32,000 nt of DNA from positions 6,870,001 through 6,902,000 of the forward strand of contig NZ_LN831039.1 of the NCBI RefSeq assembly GCF_001457595.1, given 5' to 3'. The notes below the pieces were generated by a model. That model made no database searches. It was given only the letters and a program-made list of their open reading frames with translations, and was not told the origin of the DNA. Position numbers and translations under genes: made by a program. The DNA is from Mycolicibacterium smegmatis. GTDB taxonomy: Bacteria; Actinomycetota; Actinomycetes; Mycobacteriales; Mycobacteriaceae. Numbering within the stretch: position 1 is the first letter of the stretch; every line of letters begins with the position of its first letter. Positions 25,658-32,000 of this stretch are shown here, in pieces.

Positions 25658-26619
25658 ATGATCGGGCCGGCGCGGGTCACGGGCTCCGCCCACTGATGGC
25701 CCTGTTGTCCAACCGGGTGGTGGCCGACGCACTGGCCCGAACGTTCGCCGCGACGGTCAATCCGGCACCCAAACCCGGAGTTCGCTTCTCGGACATCACC
25801 TGCCGCACATCAGATGCCGCGATCCCGACGCGGCACGGGACTGTCTTCGCTCGCATCTATCATCCGCCCGCAGCGGGGGCCACGTCGGCGGTGTACGTCA
25901 ATGTCCACGGTGGCGGCTTCGTCGTCGGTCACCCGGAACAAGACGACCCGTGGTGTCGTTACCTCGCCACTCACGCCGAAGTCGTGGTGGTCAACCCAGA
26001 CTATGTATTGGCTCCCCGGCACCGATTTCCCGCGGCCTCACAACAAATCTACGACGTCGTGTGCTGGGCGGCCGCTCCCGACCGGGACTGGGACGGCAGC
26101 CGCATATGCGTCGGTGGACAGAGCGCGGGCGGCAACCTCAGCGCCGCGGCCGCGCGACTGGCCTTGCGACACGGCACGCCCCGCATCTCGCTGCAGGTCC
26201 TGCACTACGCGCCGCTCGACCTCGTGACACCCACGCGTGACAAACCTTCCACCATCGGGCGCCGGGCCGTCATGAAACCGTGGATGGGCGAGGTGTTCGA
26301 CACCGCCTACATCCCTGACCCGGCACAGCGGCGCGATCCGCTGGCGTCACCCGCCTGGGACCAGGCCACCGACGACCTCTCCGGTATCGCCCCGGCTGTG
26401 GTCGTGACGGCCGAATTCGACCGGTTACGCAATGAGGCACGGACGTACGCCGAGCGGCTCCGGTCGTTCGGCGCGTTGCGGGAGTATATCGAAGTGCCCG
26501 ACGTGGACCACGGGTACAACATCATGACCAACGCGACCGATGTGACTCGCGGTGTCTATGACCGCGTCGCGCACCATGTGCGACGCGCAACCGAGGGCGG
26601 CGGTCAGGGCCGCTCGTAG
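25654..26619 (+). CDS. Alpha/beta hydrolase fold-3 esterase/lipase (hormone-sensitive-lipase family)
   Basis: 321 aa. The oxyanion motif is HGGGF, the nucleophile elbow is GGQSAGGNL, an acidic residue lies in AEFDRLR, and the His is in VDHGY. The start overlaps the upstream stop as ATGA (25654-25657). Confidence 0.88.
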   Translation: MNDRAGAGHGLRPLMALLSNRVVADALARTFAATVNPAPKPGVRFSDITCRTSDAAIPTRHGTVFARIYHPPAAGATSAVYVNVHGGGFVVGHPEQDDPWCRYLATHAEVVVVNPDYVLAPRHRFPAASQQIYDVVCWAAAPDRDWDGSRICVGGQSAGGNLSAAAARLALRHGTPRISLQVLHYAPLDLVTPTRDKPSTIGRRAVMKPWMGEVFDTAYIPDPAQRRDPLASPAWDQATDDLSGIAPAVVVTAEFDRLRNEARTYAERLRSFGALREYIEVPDVDHGYNIMTNATDVTRGVYDRVAHHVRRATEGGGQGRS

Positions 26620-27143
26620 ACCCCGGTCAGTGTGCCGCGAGCCGTCACGTAGCGGCGGATCGCGTGCAGGAGTTGCCCTTTGGTCTCGACGGTGGCAGGC
26701 ACCGGACTGCCCAGCGCGAACAGGTGGAAGCGGTAGTGGTGGCAACCGTGGCCCGGTATCGGGCGCGGCCCTGAATATCCCCTCCCGAGTGGGGTTTTCA
26801 GGAACCGGATATCGGCGCTGGTGGGTTGCAGTGCGCCCGCGTCGATGTGGTCACGCTGGGGATCGAGAATCGCGATCGTGTGTATCAGCGGCCGGGGCAG
26901 CGGTACGTCGTCGTCTTCCATGATCAGCACCAGCGCCGCCGTGCCATCGGGAACGCCGGTCCAGCGCAGGTCTGGGGACTGGTTGTCCCCCACGCCTCTA
27001 CCGGCACATTTGAGCGGCATGCTCCCGCCATCGTCGAAGGCGTCGCTCGTGACGACGATGGTCTCGGGAACGCCGATCCCCGCCAGAACGCTGCGGTGAT
27101 TACCGGCACGAGCTTTGCGCAGCAGGCGGCCGAGGGTGGTCAT
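26604..27143 (-). CDS. YbhB/YbcL-type phosphatidylethanolamine-binding protein (PEBP / Raf-kinase-inhibitor-like) family protein
   Basis: 179 aa from internal ATG 27143. PEBP hallmarks: [42 protein letters not shown]. The start overlaps the LeuD-like stop as ATGA (27140-27143). The 3' end overlaps the convergent esterase gene by 16 bp. Confidence 0.85.
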
Positions 27144-27706
27144 GCGCCGCCACCTGATCCGGCCACAGCCACCGCGGCTGAGCGCAACGTCTCGGCGAGT
27201 TCGGCCGGCAGATATCCCCGCTCGGCCAGCCGGGGCAGCACACCTCCGCCGGCGAGGATGTCGAGGATCAGGTCGGGCAGCACGGGAACCGTGCCACCGG
27301 CGCCGGTGGTGTCGTTGTGCCATTCGCCGGTGCCCAGATCGAAGGTTCCGATGTCGCCGTCGGAGAAGGCTTCTGTGACGCCAGGGACGGTCATGGCCGG
27401 AAGGCCCGCGTTGACGGCGTTGCGGAAGAACAACGAGTTGAACTCCTCAGCCACGAGCGCGGCGACCCCGAGCTCGTTGAACAGCGCGGCCACCGGACGC
27501 GAGGACCCGAGCCCGAAGTTGTTGCCGGCCACCACAATGTCACCTCTCTGGACCTCATCGGTCCAGCCGGGCCGCACCTGGTAGAAGACCATCTTCGCCG
27601 CCGCGGCCACGTCGAGCTTCATGGCGTCGGGCGGGTACATGGCGTCGGTGTTGAGACTGTCGCCGAACACCCAGACCCGTCCGGTCACTGTGAGACCTGT
27701 AGTCAC
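27140..27706 (-). CDS. Aconitase-family hydro-lyase small subunit (LeuD-like swivel domain)
   Basis: 188 aa from GTG 27706. Contains [11 protein letters not shown] and [14 protein letters not shown], which corresponds to the LeuD motif G.NFGCGSSREHA with substitutions. The start overlaps the large-subunit stop as GTGA. The track ORF start at 28075 was rejected. Confidence 0.85.
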
Positions 27707-28953
27707 TGGGCCACAACCTTTCTGGCATCGGTGATGTGGCCGGCCACCGCGGAGGCCGCGACGGTGGCCGGTGAGGCCATGTAGATCTCGGCCTCGGTCG
27801 AGCCCATGCGGCCGGTGAAGTTGCGGGTGCTTGAGGTCAGGCAGACTTCGCCGGGCCCGACGACGCCCATGTGATACCCGAAGCACGCGCCGCAGGTGGA
27901 ATTGGTGATCACGGCGCCGGCGTCGGCGATGTCCTGCAGGTAGCCCAGCCGCATCGCGTCGCGGTAGACCTGCTGGCTGGCCGGGGTGACGATCAGGCGC
28001 ACACCTGGCGCGACGCGACGCCCGCGCAGGATCTCGGCGGCGATACGCAAGTCGTCGAGCTGTCCGTTGGCACACGAACCGATGAACGCCTGGTCGATCT
28101 TGCGGGGCTCGACCTCGTCGACCGGAACTCCGTTGCGCGACACCGTTCCCGGGCGCGCGACGTAGGGTGCGAGCGCGGACAGATCGATCTCGCGGACCGC
28201 GGCATAGGCGGCGTCGGGATCCGCGTGTGCCGGTTCGTAGCTGGTGATGCCCAGGTCGTCGAAGTGCTCGGCGAGGACATCGTCGTAGGCGAAGGTGGAG
28301 AAGTCGGCCGAGATCTCGGCGCCCTGGGTGGCGATCGTGCGGCGATCATTGAGTGGGATCGACGCCAGCCCGGGTCCTCCGTATTCCAGGTTCGAGTTGG
28401 TGGCATCGCCGAAGGCGTCGGCGATGTACAGGAAAACGTCCTTGCCGCTGACGCCGGCCGGCATCGAACCGATCAGTTCGTAGCGGATCGTGGGGCTCGC
28501 CTGAAACCAGGTTTGCCCCGTACACAGGATCGAATACACCTCGGCGGGGCCCAGGCCGCGTGCGGCGGTGTTGAAGGCGCCGCCCGCGCAGGTGTGGCTG
28601 TCGGTGCAGGCGAGGATCTCGCCAGGGCGGGCGAGCCCGTTCTCGGCGATCACCTGATGGCAGATGCCGTGCCGGCCAACGTCATAGAAGCGTTCGATGC
28701 CGTAGTCGTTGGCGAACTTGCGGGCGTTGGGTCCGCCCGCGGCGTCCTTGATGGTGGGCGCCGGTACGGCATGGTCCATCACGATGGCGACCTTGGAGGC
28801 GTCGTTGATCTTCAGCGGTTGCATCCACATGGTGGCGAACTGCAGGTCGATCAGGACGGTCATGTCCACCTCGACGGTGACGATCTCACCGGCATGGACC
28901 TCGGCGACGCCCGCTTTACGGGCCAGGATCTTTTCGATCATGGTCATGCCCAT
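27703..28953 (-). CDS. Aconitase-family hydro-lyase large subunit (short LeuC/HacA-like type)
   Basis: 416 aa. Starts [11 protein letters not shown]. Contains DH..PAP and CTDSHT. The Fe-S cysteine ligands lie in GSCANG and NSTCGACFG, followed by [11 protein letters not shown]. The start is 1 nt after the upstream lyase stop. Confidence 0.9.
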   Translation of the reverse strand: MGMTMIEKILARKAGVAEVHAGEIVTVEVDMTVLIDLQFATMWMQPLKINDASKVAIVMDHAVPAPTIKDAAGGPNARKFANDYGIERFYDVGRHGICHQVIAENGLARPGEILACTDSHTCAGGAFNTAARGLGPAEVYSILCTGQTWFQASPTIRYELIGSMPAGVSGKDVFLYIADAFGDATNSNLEYGGPGLASIPLNDRRTIATQGAEISADFSTFAYDDVLAEHFDDLGITSYEPAHADPDAAYAAVREIDLSALAPYVARPGTVSRNGVPVDEVEPRKIDQAFIGSCANGQLDDLRIAAEILRGRRVAPGVRLIVTPASQQVYRDAMRLGYLQDIADAGAVITNSTCGACFGYHMGVVGPGEVCLTSSTRNFTGRMGSTEAEIYMASPATVAASAVAGHITDARKVVAQ

Positions 28954-28954
28954 G

Positions 28955-29845
28955 TCAGGCCTCCTGTCTGGCGGTGGGGGGCTGGTATTTCTCGCCGAGG
29001 GCAGACCATTCCGCCATGCCGACGAGGTCGAAGAACTCCTGGGGCTTGCTGGGCGCGAAGTCCTCGACGTCGACGCCTCGCAGCCGGCAGAGGGCGGTCA
29101 GCGCTCCGAGGGTGGCCTGGGACAGCACAGCGGAGGGGTGGATGGCGACGGCGAACCCGAGTTGTTGCAGCCGCTCGACGGACTGATCGGGGGTCAGGCC
29201 GCCGATGACGAGGTTGAGCAGCAGCGGCGCGTCGACCTCGGCGGCGATCCGCTCGATCTCCGCGGTGCTCTGGGGCGCCTCGACGAACAGGATGTCCGCA
29301 CCCGCCGCGGCGTAGCGGTTCGCGCGCCGGATCGCCTCGTCCAGACCGAGCGGTCCGCGGGCGTCGGTCCTGGCGATCACCAGCATCCCGTCGTCGGTGC
29401 GTGCGTCGAGGGCGGCGCCCAGGGTGCGCAGGAAGTCGTCCGCGCTGACCAGTTCCTTGTCGGGCAGGTGGCCGCACCGCTTCGGGAACGCCTGGTCTTC
29501 GAGTTGGATCGCGGCGACGCCGGCGTCCTCGTACTCGCGCACGGTGCGCAGGACGTTGATGGGCGCGCCGTATCCGGTGTCGGCGTCGGCCAGCAGGGGC
29601 ACGTCCCCGAGCGCCCGCACGGCCGTCCGCGCGCGTTCGACCATCTCGGTCTGGGTGACCAGACCGATGTCAGGGAGCCCGAAGCCCGCGGCGGCGACGC
29701 CGGCGCCGGTCAGGTAGGCCGCGCTGTGACCCGTGCGCTTGGCCAGATGCGCAGAGATGCCGTCATAGACGCCGGGAGCGACGATCAGCTCCTTGCGCTC
29801 AAGGAGTTCTCCTAGGCGCCTTCGTGATCCGGTGTTTCGGGCCAT
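28955..29845 (-). CDS. Isocitrate lyase / PEP mutase superfamily protein, PrpB / 2,3-dimethylmalate-lyase-like C-C lyase
   Basis: 296 aa. Contains PGVYDGISA, ADADTGYG and IQLEDQAFPKRCGH (the K(K/R)CGH gating-loop Cys typical of the lyase members), then ARTDA. The ATG shares one nt with the upstream stop (TGATG). Confidence 0.88.
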   Translation of the reverse strand: MARNTGSRRRLGELLERKELIVAPGVYDGISAHLAKRTGHSAAYLTGAGVAAAGFGLPDIGLVTQTEMVERARTAVRALGDVPLLADADTGYGAPINVLRTVREYEDAGVAAIQLEDQAFPKRCGHLPDKELVSADDFLRTLGAALDARTDDGMLVIARTDARGPLGLDEAIRRANRYAAAGADILFVEAPQSTAEIERIAAEVDAPLLLNLVIGGLTPDQSVERLQQLGFAVAIHPSAVLSQATLGALTALCRLRGVDVEDFAPSKPQEFFDLVGMAEWSALGEKYQPPTARQEA

Positions 29846-31278
29846 CAGTCCAGAACCTTTCCCACCGGGCCCGAGAGAAGCTCGACCAGCGGTGCGACGT
29901 CAGGGACCTCGGGTAGTCCGAGGACTGCGTGCTGGATCGCGGCTGCACGGTCGGCGGACATGACGGGCGCGACCAGGCGGGCGAACTTCTCCACGACCTC
30001 GTCGTTGGTCACCGGGTCGCGTGAATTCCCGTGGGGTGCCATCACCGACGCGGCCTCGGCGCTGCCGTCGGTGAACGTCAGCGTCAGGTGCGTCTGGAAC
30101 CGCTCGGTGGGCGGCAGTTCGTCGATGCTTTCGTCCAACTCCACGTGGGTGCACGCCAGCAGCCGCCAGACGTCGTCGGCGTCGAGGCGTTCGGCGGAGA
30201 ACTGCTGCGGCAGCGCGACACCGTCGAGCAAGGTGACCGCGGCGGCGTAGCCGATGTTCATCTGGGCGCCGATCGCGGTCAGTGGCCGCTGCGGCTGCCA
30301 CCAGCCGTGGTGGTAGACGACGTCGCCGACGCGGATGTCGATGCGCTCGATTGTGCGACCGTGCAGGCGGTTTCGCAGCGTGCGCGCAGCCTCGACGACG
30401 CCGTGCAGACCACCCATGACCGCCCAGGACTTCACCATGATGGAAGTGGTCTCCCAGTGGTCGCCCAGTCCACGGGTGATGGCCGCGGCATCGATCTGAT
30501 GGCCTTCGCCGTAGACGGCGAGGAATCCGCCGTAGGGGCGTTCGAGAACCTGATCGATGCCGGTGTAGCCCGACTGTGCGAGCGCGGCGGAGTAGAAGCC
30601 GTTGCGGGCTGCGAAGCCGTGCTGCATCCGCTTGCCCATCGCCTCGTACTGCGCCGACATCAGCCCCGCGGACTGGGTCGCGGCGAAGCCGACCGCGTCC
30701 TCGAGCTGCGCGCCGTCCAGCCCGCGGAGCTTCCCGCAGGCCAGCGCGGCGGCGATGCCGCCGAAGACGGGGCCGGAATGCCAACCGCGGGAGAGCATCT
30801 CGGTGCCACCCAGGGCGCGCCCGATCCGCGGGCCGGTCTCGAAGCCCACGATCGCAGCCATCAGCAACTCCTTACCGCTCACCGGTCGGTTCAGGTGTGC
30901 TGTCGTGGCGAGCAGTGCCGGGACCACCAGTGAGGCCGAGTGCAGCGGTGCGAAGGGATGAAAGTCGTCGAGTTCGAAGCCCTGGATGAAGGTGCTGTTG
31001 AGCAGGACGGCGCCGACCGGTGTGCTGGTGCGCCCTGTGCCGATGACGGGGACGGCTCCGTCGCCCTCGATACCCAGCACCGCGTCGGTGGCCAGGCGCG
31101 ACCACGGCAGCTGCGCCCCGACCAGGGCGCAGCCGATGCCGTCCAACAACAGATGGGCCGCCCGCACCCGGACGTGCTCGGGCACCTGATCCCATTCCAG
31201 GGTGCGCACCCAATTCACCAACTGGCCCGTCGGGCCCTCGGGCGCGCTGGGGTCGGTCAATGTGTTCACCTGACCCAT
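29845..31278 (-). CDS. MmgE/PrpD family protein (2-methylcitrate-dehydratase-like)
   Basis: 477 aa from internal ATG 31278. The layout is typical of the family: LLLDGIGCALVGAQLPWS near the N-terminus, then NSTFIQGFELDDFH, WHSGPVFG, HGFAARNG. The track start at 31350 adds 24 residues that run into the divergent promoter region. Confidence 0.88.
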   Translation of the reverse strand: MGQVNTLTDPSAPEGPTGQLVNWVRTLEWDQVPEHVRVRAAHLLLDGIGCALVGAQLPWSRLATDAVLGIEGDGAVPVIGTGRTSTPVGAVLLNSTFIQGFELDDFHPFAPLHSASLVVPALLATTAHLNRPVSGKELLMAAIVGFETGPRIGRALGGTEMLSRGWHSGPVFGGIAAALACGKLRGLDGAQLEDAVGFAATQSAGLMSAQYEAMGKRMQHGFAARNGFYSAALAQSGYTGIDQVLERPYGGFLAVYGEGHQIDAAAITRGLGDHWETTSIMVKSWAVMGGLHGVVEAARTLRNRLHGRTIERIDIRVGDVVYHHGWWQPQRPLTAIGAQMNIGYAAAVTLLDGVALPQQFSAERLDADDVWRLLACTHVELDESIDELPPTERFQTHLTLTFTDGSAEAASVMAPHGNSRDPVTNDEVVEKFARLVAPVMSADRAAAIQHAVLGLPEVPDVAPLVELLSGPVGKVLD

Positions 31279-31309
31279 TGCAGAGATCGGGTTGCGTAGA
31301 AGCCAGTCA

Positions 31310-31328
31310 ACTTGCGAAATCTGCAAGT
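31310..31328. promoter_or_regulatory. Inverted repeat ACTTGC-gaaatct-GCAAGT between the PrpD-like and IclR genes; candidate IclR operator
   Basis: Read directly. The 6-bp arms are 31310-31315 and 31323-31328. TTGCG also recurs at 31292-31296 and 31312-31316. The function is inferred only. Confidence 0.3.
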
Positions 31329-31339
31329 ACGATTTCGTC

Positions 31340-32000
31340 GTGGCCACCACCGCGCTGCGCGGGCTCCACGTACTGGAGACCCTCGCCGGGATGCGCCAAC
31401 CCGCGACGCTGCGCGATGTCGCCGCACGCGCCGGGCTCTCGGAGTCGAACGCGTTCCGGATTCTGCAGGCACTCGAAAACGAGGGCTACGTACACCATCT
31501 CGGGCGATCCGGTTACCGGTTGGCCAGCCGGGCGCTGGCCCTGGCCACCGTCATCGGTCCACGACCGGCCATGCTCCGCCTGATGCATCCGATCGTCGCC
31601 CGGTTGGCCGCAGTCAGCGGTGAGGCCGCCGTGGTGCACCTGCGGGCGGGGCAGTTCCGGGTGCTGGTGCTGGGCGTTCCGGCGCCCTCGGGGCCGATCG
31701 TCGACCCGGCCGGCGTCCTCGGGGAGCGCTCACCGCTGGCCGCCGGCGCCAGCGGCCGGATCATCCTGGCCTACCTAACCGAGACGGAGCTTGCCGACGT
31801 CGACCTCGACGGCGTGACCCCCGAGCAGCTCGCCGAAATTCGCGATCGCGGGTATGAAACGTCCTACGGCGAGAACCATCCGGGCATCAACGGCATTTCC
31901 GTGCCCCTGCTCGCCACGCCCGACGATCCCGGCGCTGCGCTGATTGTGTTGGGGTCCATGACGATTGCCGGCCCGGCGGAGCGGCTGCCGCCTCGGGCCG
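31340..32000 (+). CDS. IclR-family transcriptional regulator, 3'-truncated by the window edge (not in the supplied ORF track)
   Basis: I translated frame 2 by hand from GTG 31340 and found no stop through 32000. The product reads VATTALRGLHVLETLAGMRQPATLRDVAARAGLSESNAFRILQALENEGYVHHLGRSGYRLASRAL... (IclR HTH), then an effector-domain pattern GASGRIILAYL...GYETSYGENHPGINGISVPL. TTG 31292 is an alternative start. The gene is divergent from the five-gene operon. Confidence 0.85.
   Translation, partial: MATTALRGLHVLETLAGMRQPATLRDVAARAGLSESNAFRILQALENEGYVHHLGRSGYRLASRALALATVIGPRPAMLRLMHPIVARLAAVSGEAAVVHLRAGQFRVLVLGVPAPSGPIVDPAGVLGERSPLAAGASGRIILAYLTETELADVDLDGVTPEQLAEIRDRGYETSYGENHPGINGISVPLLATPDDPGAALIVLGSMTIAGPAERLPPRA

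Noticed and set aside
24548-25732. 394-aa minus-strand ORF
   Set aside because: It is antisense to the epoxide-hydrolase-like gene, which has clear HGWP and DWGG motifs. It shows the typical GC-frame artefact composition.
27140-28953. Interpreting the LeuC/LeuD-like pair as the housekeeping isopropylmalate isomerase of leucine biosynthesis
   Set aside because: No leuA or leuB gene is nearby. The genes are start-stop coupled to a PrpD-like protein, an ICL-family lyase and a PEBP protein. The small subunit deviates from the GCGSSREHA motif (it reads GLGSSRPVA). This cannot be fully excluded without the rest of the genome.
27871-30933. Plus-strand ORFs 27871-29208 (445 aa), 28709-29815 (368 aa) and 30031-30933 (300 aa)
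   Set aside because: All are antisense to the LeuC-like, lyase and PrpD-like genes. Their translations are dominated by G, R, D, V and A runs, with no recognisable domains.

Overview
High-G+C actinobacterial chromosomal DNA, judged by eye rather than computed. Several products look Mycobacteriaceae-like: DesA3/Rv3230c-like, DmbA-like, F420-PPOX and TIGR03086-type proteins. I support 30 protein-coding genes that fill almost the whole window. I found no rRNA, tRNA, CRISPR array, transposase, integrase or phage gene. The content is accessory and catabolic:
- a 5'-truncated L-lactate permease
- six transcription factors (LAL/LuxR, HxlR, GlxA-AraC, two LysR, IclR)
- five alpha/beta-fold hydrolases, including a DmbA-like haloalkane dehalogenase and an epoxide-hydrolase-like Tat lipoprotein
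- two tandem Zn-alcohol dehydrogenases
- a DesA3-like desaturase with its reductase
- a DgdA-like PLP enzyme with a divergent LysR regulator
- a TRAP transporter operon
- a translationally coupled five-gene operon with a divergent IclR gene. That gene runs off the 3' edge and is absent from the supplied ORF track.

The best candidates for something undescribed are:
1. The PrpD-like / PrpB-like lyase / LeuCD-like / PEBP operon (26604-31278). It has dehydrate-rehydrate-cleave logic but no synthase gene.
2. The TRAP operon (17226-22105). It begins with an unrecognisable 384-aa Cys-rich protein and ends with a uronate-dehydrogenase-like SDR.
3. A fusion of an SDR domain that appears catalytically degenerate to an F420-type PPOX domain (22288-23535).

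Several exact palindromes and repeats lie in divergent promoter regions. All family assignments rest on motifs and remembered reference sequences. No database search was possible, so novelty is unverified. Many long ORFs in the track are antisense or out-of-frame artefacts of high G+C and were rejected.
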